Source: a virus
DNA: 64,000 nt
UHGV virus genome: UHGV-0039337
Direction: 5' to 3' (one strand)
Part shown: piece by piece, positions 19,990 to 30,321 of the stretch
How the letters are laid out: each line of letters starts with the position of its first letter
Numbering within the stretch: the stretch's first letter is position 1
Notes under the pieces: generated by a model
What the model saw: the letters and a program-made list of their open reading frames with translations, nothing else
What the model was told of the DNA's origin: nothing
Database searches by the model: none
Position numbers and translations under genes: made by a program

Positions 19990-21374
19990 ATAATAAAAAG
20001 CAATCATTAACTATTGATTATACTCCTACATATGAACAACTTATAATACATCCTGAAGAAGGAGAAAACTTTAAAATAAATAGTTCTTTTTCCAATATTT
20101 ATTATGATATGAAGCAAATAGATAGACTATTAATAAACCAAAGTTATATGCTAGATAATCTTATGAAGAATACAGTTTATAGACTTGACACTATAGATAT
20201 AAATATAAAATCAGAACAAGAACGTTTACAAGATATAAAAATGTTATGTAATAAGTATACAGATTTTGATAACGTTATACCTATAACTCAAAATAATGTT
20301 AATTCTGGTATATATACTTTTAATAATTGCGCTTTTTATTGCGGTATATCAAATCATAATAAACGTAAAGCTAATATTTTAAGTATAAATGGTAACGGAT
20401 TAGAAGGAAATAAATATGTATATAAAGATGAGCAGTATGTAAAGGACAGTGTAGATACATCTAATAGAATATATATAACAGATGCTTCAGATACTAGTTA
20501 TTATGAATACGAAAGAATAACTGCCAGTTCAACAGAACCATATCTATTGAGTGATTTTAATATAGATAGTGAAGATGCTAAATGTACTTTATCTTTTAGC
20601 ACTAAAGAAAATATCAATTTAATAACCATTACTTCTGACGATACTACGGTACGAGTAATAGGTGTTCAATATTCGTACGACGGAATTGAATATATGCCAT
20701 TAGAAATACCTGATATTATAATAAATAACAAACAGTATTGCTATGAAAATAGTGAATATATATGTGGTGACAATAAAATCTCCGTACCTTCTTGTAAATT
20801 CGTAAAGATAACATTTCAATCAGTAGGAACAACTGATGATATAATAGCTTATGATAGAGTAATGTTTTCTCATGAAGACGTACATAAAACATTAGAAGAA
20901 TTAGGATTGAATTACATACCAATAACAACTTCTAGAGCAACATATAACGATTTAAAAGATGCTACTATTATAATAAACTCTGCTAAAAGACATAATATTA
21001 AATTAAACGATATAACATTATCTAGTAATACATATGTATTATCATCTTATTTTACTACTAATGAACTTATAACTAATGGAAAATATTATTCTGCTGCTGT
21101 TTTCGCTAATGTATATATTCCTCAAGGATTAAGTTCTGATAATGTAAGTTTTGTTCTTACTATTAATGGTATAGATTATGATGCTATACCAATTAATGTA
21201 GATGGAAGCGGTAAGAAAGTATTTAGATATTCTCAAGGTAAAAGCAATTTAACATATACTCAATTACTTGATGAACCTATTAAAAGTCTATATCTAACTG
21301 TTAAAATGAACGGTACTAATGATATTACACCTTTTATTGGTAATATAAAGATTTTGTTAGGAGGCGAAATATAG
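19971..21374 (+). CDS. Structural protein, unknown function (467 aa).
   Basis: Overlaps the upstream ORF by 19 nt, suggesting translational coupling. Confidence 0.5.
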   Translation: MDTTILDNKKQSLTIDYTPTYEQLIIHPEEGENFKINSSFSNIYYDMKQIDRLLINQSYMLDNLMKNTVYRLDTIDINIKSEQERLQDIKMLCNKYTDFDNVIPITQNNVNSGIYTFNNCAFYCGISNHNKRKANILSINGNGLEGNKYVYKDEQYVKDSVDTSNRIYITDASDTSYYEYERITASSTEPYLLSDFNIDSEDAKCTLSFSTKENINLITITSDDTTVRVIGVQYSYDGIEYMPLEIPDIIINNKQYCYENSEYICGDNKISVPSCKFVKITFQSVGTTDDIIAYDRVMFSHEDVHKTLEELGLNYIPITTSRATYNDLKDATIIINSAKRHNIKLNDITLSSNTYVLSSYFTTNELITNGKYYSAAVFANVYIPQGLSSDNVSFVLTINGIDYDAIPINVDGSGKKVFRYSQGKSNLTYTQLLDEPIKSLYLTVKMNGTNDITPFIGNIKILLGGEI

Positions 21375-22574
21375 TTGATAAATGGATACCAAGACATGTT
21401 AGCAAAAGCTAAGTTTTATAAGAAACAAGTTATACAATCATTTATTAAACAGGGATATTTTCCTAGTAACGAAGAGATTCAAACTGCCCTATCTGATATA
21501 GACACTAGAAGCGCATTACTTGAAACATATTTATCAGCTAAGGGTTCATTATTCAATACTAAAGAGATAAATTACATGTTTGAATGTATATACAAAGATT
21601 TAAATATTTTATATGAGACATTAAATGAAATACTGATAAATCAATACAATAAACTAAAGTTAGATATAGAAGCTAGACTACTAGAAATGGAGCAAAAAGC
21701 TAATAATCTTAAAAGAAGAATGGACGAAGAAACAAATGGGACTACTTTAGGTACTACTATATTTTTTAAATCTAATCAATGGGAAGCAGAAACTAATGAT
21801 GATGTTACTATTATACCATTAACTACTATGGATTTAATAGACGGTTCTAGAATAGCCTTTTTTGCTAATATAAATAACATTGATGCTAGTTCAGTATATT
21901 TTCAACTTGATGCTCTAGATGATTCTAATAATAGATTCTTTGCATTACCATATAACTATAATGAAGATGTTTATACTGTACCAGGTACTTTAGGTATTAA
22001 TAGATATGAGCTTAACATGAATGGACAGCTTATCATTAATGGCGAAATTAATATAATACTTAAGAATGCAGATTATGATAATGATTATAAAGTATTAGGT
22101 GGCAGTACTGCAATGAAAGTAACGTATAAAGATGATAATACTGTTGTATATGAACCTTTTGCAGATAAAAATCGTTCATTTCGAGCTACAAGAGATTGTT
22201 ATATAGAGTTTTATATGCTAGACGATACGCAAATATCATATACCTTTAATAAAGCTCCTAATCATACTAACTTTGCTCTTAATGATGGAATAATAACTTC
22301 TACAAAGTCTATTACAAAAGTATTTATAGACGCTCCTGCTAATTTTATATGTAATTTTAATATAGAAAAAGGTGAAGTATGGGCAGTATGCTCTGATGCT
22401 TTAGTAAGAGGAGAAGATACAATAGTATACACAGATGATTATTCTTTACGTGATTTTATTATATTAGAATTTGTAAAAACTTATACTACTAAGTATAAAA
22501 TATCGTTAATATTAAAATCTAATAGTAATATAGTAAACTATATAGATTGTGTATATATAAAAGAAATAGATTAA
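21375..22574 (+). CDS. Structural protein, unknown function (399 aa).
   Basis: TTG start directly after the upstream stop, with a GGAGGCGAAATATAG spacer. Confidence 0.5.
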   Translation: MINGYQDMLAKAKFYKKQVIQSFIKQGYFPSNEEIQTALSDIDTRSALLETYLSAKGSLFNTKEINYMFECIYKDLNILYETLNEILINQYNKLKLDIEARLLEMEQKANNLKRRMDEETNGTTLGTTIFFKSNQWEAETNDDVTIIPLTTMDLIDGSRIAFFANINNIDASSVYFQLDALDDSNNRFFALPYNYNEDVYTVPGTLGINRYELNMNGQLIINGEINIILKNADYDNDYKVLGGSTAMKVTYKDDNTVVYEPFADKNRSFRATRDCYIEFYMLDDTQISYTFNKAPNHTNFALNDGIITSTKSITKVFIDAPANFICNFNIEKGEVWAVCSDALVRGEDTIVYTDDYSLRDFIILEFVKTYTTKYKISLILKSNSNIVNYIDCVYIKEID

Positions 22575-22584
22575 TATATACGAG

Positions 22585-22830
22585 GTGATGAATATGATAA
22601 ATTATAATATGAGATATAGAGGTCCATACGAATATGATAAATTCATACTTAATATTTTTCAATACAGTAATGCTATATATGATTTCGAGAACGATTTAAA
22701 CAAAAACAGTACCTTTACTACAATTAACGAAATAAAAGAAACAGTAGATAGTATTTATAATCAAATAATTAAAGAGAACGGTTTAAGTGATAATATATAT
22801 AAAACTTTAATTATGTTAGGAGATGAATAA
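22585..22830 (+). CDS. Small hypothetical protein (81 aa).
   Basis: ORF with a GAGGTGATGA RBS. Confidence 0.45.
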   Translation: MMNMINYNMRYRGPYEYDKFILNIFQYSNAIYDFENDLNKNSTFTTINEIKETVDSIYNQIIKENGLSDNIYKTLIMLGDE

Positions 22831-22835
22831 GATAC

Positions 22836-23942
22836 ATGGCTACATATAAACTAAGCTCCCAAGAGCTTAATGAAGAATTTGCTAATAAGAAAAATAAGAT
22901 AGACGAAATACAACTAACTGTTAATAATTTTAAAGCTGATATGAATAAAAAGCTTATGATTGTTAATTATGCGTTAGAAATAGCTAACAATAAATTAGGA
23001 CTATTAAATGCAGGAGTAAATACAGATAAGACTCTTATCACTTTTGACAATAATATTTATAACAATGGAATGTTTGAACAATATTGTTATGAGATACATC
23101 CTAAATTCAAATCAACACCTAACGATATATTCAATTTAAGTTTAACTAATGGCGGATGTATGTTTAAACAAAATGTAAAATGCATAGTGAATGGCGTTGA
23201 GAATGAAGAATGGATTAATGTATTACAATCAGAAAACATACCTACTAAATCCATAGTATTTGATGAATATTATACTGACACTATAGAAGTGTCATATACA
23301 ATAGATAATACTAGTACATGGGGTACTTCTAGATTTAATTTAATAGAGATAGATCCATATATAAGTGGTATATATTCTATTGAGTCTATAGATTGTTATA
23401 CTATAGATACTGCTAACAATTTATCGTCTGAACCTACTAAATCATTTTCTAACATAAATAACTTTGGAAAAATTAGATTAATACTAGATGAAAAAATAAA
23501 GTTCGGTAAAGTAGTTTTTAAATTTAAATGCAATTACAAATCACATATAAATGATTCTGTAGTATATCCATTTGGTATTAAACATATCTTCTTTAAAGAA
23601 GCGGATTTTGTTACTGAATCTTGTGCTATAGTTCATGCTAGATTTGATGACTACGTAGAATATATAGAAGATAAAATAATATTATTTACTCCTACTGGTA
23701 AAATAGAAACTAGTTGTTCTTATTATGGCATAGAAACATATACCACATATGAAAATAATACTCTATTGAATAAAGTTCAATATACAACTAAAGCTGGCAC
23801 GTACAGAATACCAAAAAACACTATGAGTCTATATTTTAAAATACCTTTGTACATAACTAATAGTGCAGATGATACTAAACAATATTTATGTCTTAATGGA
23901 TTAAAGGTAAATATATCAACTAAAGATTTATTAATAATTTAA
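22836..23942 (+). CDS. Structural protein, unknown function (368 aa). Last gene of the late block.
   Basis: ORF followed by a strong terminator. Confidence 0.5.
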   Translation: MATYKLSSQELNEEFANKKNKIDEIQLTVNNFKADMNKKLMIVNYALEIANNKLGLLNAGVNTDKTLITFDNNIYNNGMFEQYCYEIHPKFKSTPNDIFNLSLTNGGCMFKQNVKCIVNGVENEEWINVLQSENIPTKSIVFDEYYTDTIEVSYTIDNTSTWGTSRFNLIEIDPYISGIYSIESIDCYTIDTANNLSSEPTKSFSNINNFGKIRLILDEKIKFGKVVFKFKCNYKSHINDSVVYPFGIKHIFFKEADFVTESCAIVHARFDDYVEYIEDKIILFTPTGKIETSCSYYGIETYTTYENNTLLNKVQYTTKAGTYRIPKNTMSLYFKIPLYITNSADDTKQYLCLNGLKVNISTKDLLII

Positions 23943-23947
23943 AATTT

Positions 23948-24002
23948 CACTCTTCTTACTGCGTATATTATTATCAAAAAGCAGTGAGGAGAGTGTTTTA
24001 CT
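23948..24002 (+). terminator. Rho-independent terminator ending the structural operon.
   Basis: 15-bp arms CACTCTTCTTACTGC ... GCAGTGAGGAGAGTG (two G-U pairs) with an 18-nt loop, followed by TTTTACTTT. Confidence 0.65.
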
Positions 24003-24587
24003 TTGGATATTTTGAATAATTATATAGAGCTTATGTATGGTTTTGAAGTAACAGATTTATATATTATAAATCAAATCACAAGAATTATAGGATACTTAAA
24101 AGATAATAGTTATAATGATGATGAAATAATGCATTATCTATTACATAACGGTCCTGTTATAAGAGAATCATTATTTAATACACTTACTGATTGTGTATTA
24201 TATTATAATAATGAATTAGTCGTAGAGTCTAAAGCTCCTACATGGCATCCAGAAAAAGAAGAGACCATTACTGAATATTATAGAGAACCTAGATGTAGAT
24301 TTACTATGAACGATCTATTAGATATGTATTATACTAAGTTAAAAGTTCCATATGAGTTACAAGATAGAAAAAGAGATGGTGGCGCTTTAACTCATTTACT
24401 TGACAAATATAAATTTAAGTATTTCACTTCATTAGATTTCATAGTGACTATGATAAAACTAGCTGAGGAGAATAATGAATCACCTAGTTCAGTATTTAAT
24501 ATAGAAAAGTATACAGATGAAGCATTTAATCTATTAAACACATTAGCGCAATATAACAAAATAAGTATAGTGTGGAGAAATAAATAA
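24003..24587 (+). CDS. Hypothetical protein (194 aa).
   Basis: TTG start. Sits upstream of the primase-polymerase gene. Confidence 0.5.
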   Translation: MDILNNYIELMYGFEVTDLYIINQITRIIGYLKDNSYNDDEIMHYLLHNGPVIRESLFNTLTDCVLYYNNELVVESKAPTWHPEKEETITEYYREPRCRFTMNDLLDMYYTKLKVPYELQDRKRDGGALTHLLDKYKFKYFTSLDFIVTMIKLAEENNESPSSVFNIEKYTDEAFNLLNTLAQYNKISIVWRNK

Positions 24588-25591
24588 TGGCGTGCAATAT
24601 AATAGAAGTTGGAGGAGTAATAAACAATAACTTTATACGTAATAGATATTGTTTAAAATCAGAATTAAATGAAAGAATAAAACAGTTTACTGGAGATAAA
24701 TATATGACAATATATAGCTATGACTCTAAAGATATTAATACTTGTAATTTTATAGCTCCCTTGTATCTAGATTTTGATATAGATAATCTAAAAGATAATT
24801 ATGATAAGTTAATAAGAGACTTAAAAATAATAGTATACAGATTGAAAACAGAATTACATTTAGAAAACAGAGATATAGAAATATATTTTAGTGGCGCTAA
24901 AGGATTTCATATATTAATAAATCATAAAGTATTTGGATTCAAACCTTCACGTACTATTAATAAAGATTTAAAAACTGTAGCTGTATATTTTAAAGCTTCT
25001 ACTTTTACTAAGTGTATAGACACAAGTATATATGATTATCGTAGACTTTTTAGAGTACCTAATACTATTAATAGTAAGACGGGATTATATAAAGTACCTA
25101 TATCATATAGCAGATTAATTAAAATGAGTTATTCAGAATTATTAAGCTATGCATCTAAGCCTCGTAAGATGATTAAAAAGCCTGTGATTTATAATCAAAA
25201 GGCACATGATGCATTCTATGAATTAATAAACAAGATACAAGAAAGAAAGAAGCAAACAGTTAATACAGCTGTAGCTAGAGAATATGTGAATAGTAAAAAG
25301 CTTCTACCTTGTGTAGAATATTTATTACAGAATGGAGCAGAAGAGGGCCAACGTAATAATTGTACCATAGCACTTGCTAGTGCATTATTTCAGATAGGGC
25401 ACTCTAAAGAAGAAGTTATAGAAATACTTGATACTTGGAATCAAACTAAAAATGATTCTCCTATTTCTGATAGAGAATTGTACACAACTGTTAATAGCGC
25501 ATATAATAATTCTAAAAATAATATTTATTATGGATGCAGTGCTTTTAGAGAATTAGGAGTATGTATAAAAGACTGTCCAATAAATAAATAG
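24587..25591 (+). CDS. Archaeo-eukaryotic-type primase-polymerase (PrimPol/AEP) with a C-terminal PriCT-like domain.
   Basis: AEP motif I YLDFDID, motif II SGAKGFHILI, motif III RLFRVPNTINSKTG. C-terminal LPCVEYLLQNGAEEGQRNNCTIALASALF resembles PriCT_1. Confidence 0.75.
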   Translation: MACNIIEVGGVINNNFIRNRYCLKSELNERIKQFTGDKYMTIYSYDSKDINTCNFIAPLYLDFDIDNLKDNYDKLIRDLKIIVYRLKTELHLENRDIEIYFSGAKGFHILINHKVFGFKPSRTINKDLKTVAVYFKASTFTKCIDTSIYDYRRLFRVPNTINSKTGLYKVPISYSRLIKMSYSELLSYASKPRKMIKKPVIYNQKAHDAFYELINKIQERKKQTVNTAVAREYVNSKKLLPCVEYLLQNGAEEGQRNNCTIALASALFQIGHSKEEVIEILDTWNQTKNDSPISDRELYTTVNSAYNNSKNNIYYGCSAFRELGVCIKDCPINK

Positions 25592-25605
25592 GGAGAGATG
25601 ATATA

Positions 25606-26706
25606 ATGAGAGAAGATATTAAAAAAATATTAATGGGGCCAAAGAATGTATCTACTACAAAAAAGGAAAATGTCAAGGAAGTATTAAAAGAATCTGATAC
25701 ATTAACAGTAGAAATACAAGACTATTATAACAACTTAGCTAATGATATAGATAATTTCGATAAGTTAGCGTGGGAATCTAAAACAGGATATGATACACCA
25801 CACTTTCCTAGTTTTACTAAAAATTTAGAAGGTTGGACTCCTGGGTTTTATACATTTGCAGGTGCCGCTAACGCAGGAAAAACAGCATTAATGCTTAATA
25901 TACTAGAAGATTTATGTACTACAGAATCTAATAAGCTATTCGGTATATTCTTTTCATTAGATGATAGCAAAAATAAAGTTATACCTAGAGTAGTAGCAAT
26001 GAGAGAAACTATTCCTATATCTGCTGTATCTAAACCAGCAAGATATAAAGCAATGATAGATAACGGTCATGAAGACACATTATTATTTAATGAATACTTA
26101 ACCAAACGTAAAGAAGGATTAAAGTCTCTTAAGGCAGATAGTAATAAAATGATTATATTCGATTCTACAGAAATTAAAACATATACTCAACTATATGATA
26201 CTATTAAGAATATATATATGTATGTTAAAGCACAAGACGAAGAGGCCAATATTGTAATAGCTATAGATAGCTTAAAAGATGTAGTACTTGACGATGTAAA
26301 ATTAGATATCTCAGAACGTATAGCAGAAGTAGCACGTAGAATAAAAGATATATCTATAGAATTTAATTGTATAATATTATCTTCAATGCATCTAAGAAAA
26401 CTTAACGCTACACGTAGGCCAACATTAGATGATTTAAGAGAATCAAATACTCTTGAGTACGAATTAGATGTATGTTTTCTAATATATAACGATGTATCTA
26501 AGAATAAACAAAATGCTAAGATATTCAGATATGAAGATGATACAGATACAGAGAAAAAGCCTATACTTGAAATAGATTGGGCTAAAAATAAAATAAGTTC
26601 ATACAAAGGCGTGTCATTCTGTAACTTTTCTCCTGAATATAATAAGTGCATAGAAGTAAATGATGCAGCAGCTGAACAATATACAATAAAATTGTACACA
26701 TTATAA
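25606..26706 (+). CDS. DnaB/RecA-like replicative helicase (P-loop).
   Basis: Walker A GAANAGKTALMLN. Walker-B-like IVIAIDSLKD (DnaB 'VIDYLQL'-type). Adjacent to the primase. Confidence 0.65.
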   Translation: MREDIKKILMGPKNVSTTKKENVKEVLKESDTLTVEIQDYYNNLANDIDNFDKLAWESKTGYDTPHFPSFTKNLEGWTPGFYTFAGAANAGKTALMLNILEDLCTTESNKLFGIFFSLDDSKNKVIPRVVAMRETIPISAVSKPARYKAMIDNGHEDTLLFNEYLTKRKEGLKSLKADSNKMIIFDSTEIKTYTQLYDTIKNIYMYVKAQDEEANIVIAIDSLKDVVLDDVKLDISERIAEVARRIKDISIEFNCIILSSMHLRKLNATRRPTLDDLRESNTLEYELDVCFLIYNDVSKNKQNAKIFRYEDDTDTEKKPILEIDWAKNKISSYKGVSFCNFSPEYNKCIEVNDAAAEQYTIKLYTL

Positions 26707-26779
26707 TTATTATCCCCTTAATTAGTAATATTATAATGAAGAATACTAGATGAAGGGGATAAATTTTAATTATATATAA

Positions 26780-27475
26780 GTGTGCCCAATGTCTCCTTTT
26801 GATATACGTATTCTTACAATATTGAAAGGAGATTTTTGTATGCCTAAAAAAGATAAGATATTTGTTAGTGTTAAATCAGTGGTTGACGAATTAAAAGAAT
26901 CAGATTCCATTGATACTCAAAGAGACTACAGAAAAAAGATAGCTTATACTACTCAAGATATAGTAGATAAATTAGATCAACAAAAATTACGTGATATTGA
27001 ACTAGAATTTATGCGTAAAGCAACACGTGAAGAATTAGAAGACAGTATACGTAAATTAGATAATCATTCTATTTGTTCTGGTAATGTAGTATGTCCTAAA
27101 GATATTCCAGTAACTGTAGTTAAAGAAGATAGTAAATGTGAGGGGTGCACACCCAAAGAGCAAAAACAAAAGCTTACTCAATTAGTAGAAGAAGTGCACG
27201 GTCCTAATTGTCATTGCTCTAAATGTTGTCCGGATCCTAATCCAACTTTTTTACAAAAGCATAAGTTTAAGTTTTTAGCAGCCATAACCTTTGTATGTGT
27301 ATTGATACTATCTATAGGTTGGTTACCTTCAGGAGGAAGTTATGATGCTTTGCAAAAAGCATACGTAGAACTTATAGTAAGTTTACCAAAAATGGTATTA
27401 TTGTCTATAGCTGGTTTTGCTGTTTTTAAAATGGCTAAATCAAAAGATAACGAAAAAGACGAGAAGAAGAAGTAG
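26780..27475 (+). CDS. Membrane protein with a coiled-coil region and two C-terminal TM helices. The real start is probably the ATG at about 26840 (MPKKDK).
   Basis: Hydrophobic FLAAITFVCVLILSIGWL and MVLLSIAGFAVFKMA, with a basic tail KSKDNEKDEKKK. Confidence 0.45.
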   Translation: MCPMSPFDIRILTILKGDFCMPKKDKIFVSVKSVVDELKESDSIDTQRDYRKKIAYTTQDIVDKLDQQKLRDIELEFMRKATREELEDSIRKLDNHSICSGNVVCPKDIPVTVVKEDSKCEGCTPKEQKQKLTQLVEEVHGPNCHCSKCCPDPNPTFLQKHKFKFLAAITFVCVLILSIGWLPSGGSYDALQKAYVELIVSLPKMVLLSIAGFAVFKMAKSKDNEKDEKKK

Positions 27476-27478
27476 TTT

Positions 27479-28378
27479 ATGTATAAATTCATTACTATAT
27501 TATTATCATTTATGCTAACATCATGTTTGTTTACTAATTCTTTTGCAGATTCTAGTATCATATATGATATACTTAATAAACCATATGAGCAATCAACTGG
27601 TGAAGATATAATATATAACATTATTGGTAAAAAAAAGACTAATAAAGAGATAAAAGTTAAAATCTTAAATGAAAATTCTATAAGTGATGAATTAGAAAGC
27701 GAAAATAAAAAACAAGAAAAAGATACTAAAATTAAGTTAAATATACCAAATAAAAAATCAGATAAAAATGCTTATATAAAAGGTTTAGATATTTCTAAAT
27801 GGAATGGCAATATAGATTGGAACGCTGTAGAAAGAGCAGATATTAAGTTTGTTATTATTAGAGCAGGATATGGTACACATATAGATTATAAATTTGAACA
27901 GAACATAAATAATGCTATTAAACATAATATGATAATTGGAGTTTATTGGTTTGGATACGCTTATACCAATGATATGGCTGTTGAAGAAGCAAAAATATGT
28001 GATAGAACTATTAGAAAATATAAAAAGCATATTATATTACCTGTTTTTTATGACTATGAATATGATAGTGTTAATTATGCTGCTAAAATGGGAGTAAGAG
28101 TTAACAAAAGAATGGTAAGTTCTTTCACTAATTACTTTTGTTCTTTTATTAAAAATAAAGGTTATGCTACAGGTATATATACTAATATAGATTATGCTAA
28201 TAGATATTTTTCACGTAGCATATTGAACAAATATCATACTTGGATAGCACAATGGGTAGGTTCTTGCTCATATAAATATAACTATATTGTTTGGCAATGT
28301 ACGGATAGTTATTATATAAGTAACAAAAAATATGACCTTGATTATTTTTATTACAATAGATATATAGGTGATAAATAA
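27479..28378 (+). CDS. GH25 family muramidase (lysozyme) with an N-terminal signal peptide and probable lipobox (LTSC).
   Basis: GLDISKWNGNIDWNAV, FVIIRAGYG and GVYWFGYAY are GH25 signatures. The N-terminus MYKFITILLSFMLTSCLF looks like a signal peptide. Confidence 0.8.
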   Translation: MYKFITILLSFMLTSCLFTNSFADSSIIYDILNKPYEQSTGEDIIYNIIGKKKTNKEIKVKILNENSISDELESENKKQEKDTKIKLNIPNKKSDKNAYIKGLDISKWNGNIDWNAVERADIKFVIIRAGYGTHIDYKFEQNINNAIKHNMIIGVYWFGYAYTNDMAVEEAKICDRTIRKYKKHIILPVFYDYEYDSVNYAAKMGVRVNKRMVSSFTNYFCSFIKNKGYATGIYTNIDYANRYFSRSILNKYHTWIAQWVGSCSYKYNYIVWQCTDSYYISNKKYDLDYFYYNRYIGDK

Positions 28379-29079
28379 TGAAACGTAAAATACTTATAAT
28401 ACTATTATCTATATACATGGTTCTATCATGTACAAGTAGTTCAACGGCATATCCCTTAACTTATTCTGGTAAACCTTTAATAGATAAATCACAAGCTGAA
28501 CAATATTTAAAAGATCGTCATGCAAGTAAAAAAATGTTAGATTGTTTAGATTTTATTTACGATTATGCAGAGAAAATTCGTTTAGATCCTTCTGAAGTAG
28601 TTGCTATGTCAGCTATAGAAACCGGATTTGGTAAATCTCATTTATTTGTGGTTTACAATAATCCGGGAGGGATAAAATCATCTCATACTAGCAATGGTTG
28701 GGCACATTACAAAACAGCTGAAGATGGTTATAAGGGAATGATAAATCTATTAGCAACATACGACGGTTTAATAAATAAAAAATCATATTTATATGATGTA
28801 TCCGAAACTACGGAAGGATTAGCTGGTATTTACTGGACTAATTATGGTAACGATGCAGGGTATCATAAACAATTATCAAAAGTTATAGAAACTATGCGTT
28901 CTTATCCTATTAAAAAACAAAATACTATTAAACCAAGCAAACCTAAAAAGCTTATAAAAAAATCTACTGAGAAACCTATTATAACTAAAAATCATACAGG
29001 TATAGATATTATCTACGATATCTTAAATAAAGATGATAATACTAGTGGTTTTGATTATATAATGAACTTTCTAAAATAA
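28378..29079 (+). CDS. Exported (lipoprotein-like) peptidoglycan hydrolase, probably a glucosaminidase-domain protein.
   Basis: Signal peptide MKRKILIILLSIYMVLSCTSS. SAIETGFGKS...NPGGIK...GWAHYKT...GYKGMINLL resembles the mannosyl-glycoprotein endo-beta-N-acetylglucosaminidase domain. Confidence 0.6.
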   Translation: MKRKILIILLSIYMVLSCTSSSTAYPLTYSGKPLIDKSQAEQYLKDRHASKKMLDCLDFIYDYAEKIRLDPSEVVAMSAIETGFGKSHLFVVYNNPGGIKSSHTSNGWAHYKTAEDGYKGMINLLATYDGLINKKSYLYDVSETTEGLAGIYWTNYGNDAGYHKQLSKVIETMRSYPIKKQNTIKPSKPKKLIKKSTEKPIITKNHTGIDIIYDILNKDDNTSGFDYIMNFLK

Positions 29080-29094
29080 GGTGGTGAAAATATC

Positions 29095-29310
29095 ATGAAA
29101 AGATTTAATCTAAAAGAACAAGTACATAATAAATTCTTCTGGATGTCAATAGTGTCATTAATAGTTTTAGTAGCACAACAATTTGGATTAGATTTTATTC
29201 CTGCAGATTTTCAAGTATTTGTTAATTCTGCATTAACTATATTAGTTAGTATGGGAATATTAAATGATAATACAACTCCTGGTATTGGTACAGAAGATAG
29301 AGATATATAA
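29095..29310 (+). CDS. Holin (71 aa, two TM segments).
   Basis: Small protein with two hydrophobic helices (FFWMSIVSLIVLVAQQF; ALTILVSMGIL), directly upstream of the endolysin. Confidence 0.6.
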   Translation: MKRFNLKEQVHNKFFWMSIVSLIVLVAQQFGLDFIPADFQVFVNSALTILVSMGILNDNTTPGIGTEDRDI

Positions 29311-29337
29311 TACAAATAAGAAAGGATGTGATGAATC

Positions 29338-30252
29338 ATGACTAGATTAGTAGCTATTGATGCAGGACACGGTATGAAAACTGAAGGTAAAAGAACACCT
29401 ATATTAAAAAAAGATTTAGTTATTAATGGTGAAGTCGTTAAGAGAAAAGGTGAAATCATACATGAACATGAATGGAATAGAGCAGTAGCTAAATATATAG
29501 CAGCAGGTTTAGCAAGAAATGGAATAAATTATATGTATACTGCAGACATGATAGGAAATAGAGATATTGCATTATCAACTAGAGCAAGAAAAGCTAATAT
29601 TAAAAGAGCTGATATATTAGTATCTTGTCATTATAATGCAATAGGTAGCTGTATTAATTTTCAAAATAGAATAAAAGGTCTGTTAGTATTAAGAACTAGA
29701 AACTGTTCACAAGAATCTATTAAATTAGGTAATTTGATTCATAAACATTTAAGAGCTGATTGCGATTATGAATATAGCTATGGTCTTATGAGAGATGTAG
29801 ATATGTGTGGATTTACATTAGCAATATTAAGACAAACTAATATGCCTTCAGTATTAGTAGAGTATGGCTTTATGGACTACGAAAAAGAAGCTGTAAAAAT
29901 GTTAGATCCTGTTTGGCAAAAACAATGTGCGGAAGCCACAGTAAAAGGAATATGCGAATATTTCGGAACGGAATACAAAGAAGATACTGCTAAGAAAGAT
30001 GAACATAAAAAAGACAATGTAGAACAAGATACTAGTTTTAAACCTTATATAGTTAAAATAGAAGAAGACATCTTAAATGTAAGAAAAGGCCCAGGCGCTG
30101 AATATAATAAAGTAACAACAGTTAAAAAAGGTGATTCTTATACAGTAATAGATGAAGCAAAAAGTAAAGACGGTGATATTTGGGGTCTTTTAAAAGCGTT
30201 TAAGAAAAAACGTGACGGTTGGATAAACTTAAAATATACTAAAAAGAAATAA
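29338..30252 (+). CDS. Endolysin: N-acetylmuramoyl-L-alanine amidase (Amidase_3) with a C-terminal SH3b cell-wall-binding domain.
   Basis: LVAIDAGHGMKTEGKRTP, VSCHYNA and VLVEYGFMD are Amidase_3 motifs. The C-terminal YIVKIEEDILNVRKGPGAEYNKVTTVKKGDSYTV...DIWG is SH3b-like. Confidence 0.85.
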   Translation: MTRLVAIDAGHGMKTEGKRTPILKKDLVINGEVVKRKGEIIHEHEWNRAVAKYIAAGLARNGINYMYTADMIGNRDIALSTRARKANIKRADILVSCHYNAIGSCINFQNRIKGLLVLRTRNCSQESIKLGNLIHKHLRADCDYEYSYGLMRDVDMCGFTLAILRQTNMPSVLVEYGFMDYEKEAVKMLDPVWQKQCAEATVKGICEYFGTEYKEDTAKKDEHKKDNVEQDTSFKPYIVKIEEDILNVRKGPGAEYNKVTTVKKGDSYTVIDEAKSKDGDIWGLLKAFKKKRDGWINLKYTKKK

Positions 30253-30253
30253 G

Positions 30254-30280
30254 TCCGGTGTAACTATACCGGATTTTTTG
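30254..30280 (+). terminator. Rho-independent terminator after the lysis cassette.
   Basis: TCCGGT-gtaactat-ACCGGA followed by TTTTTT. Confidence 0.75.
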
Positions 30281-30321
30281 TGTATATTAGGTACGAAAAT
30301 AAAAATGGAGGATGATATTTT

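Noticed and set aside
26187-26699. 170-aa minus-strand ORF overlapping the helicase gene. Similar antisense ORFs occur at 27340..27621, 27785..28030, 28197..28418, 29211..29459, 35234..35674, 36362..36580 and 38709..39032.
   Set aside because: They are antisense to genes with clear homology (helicase, GH25, amidase, RecJ, DnaE). They are hydrophobic or low-complexity translations typical of AT-rich shadow ORFs.
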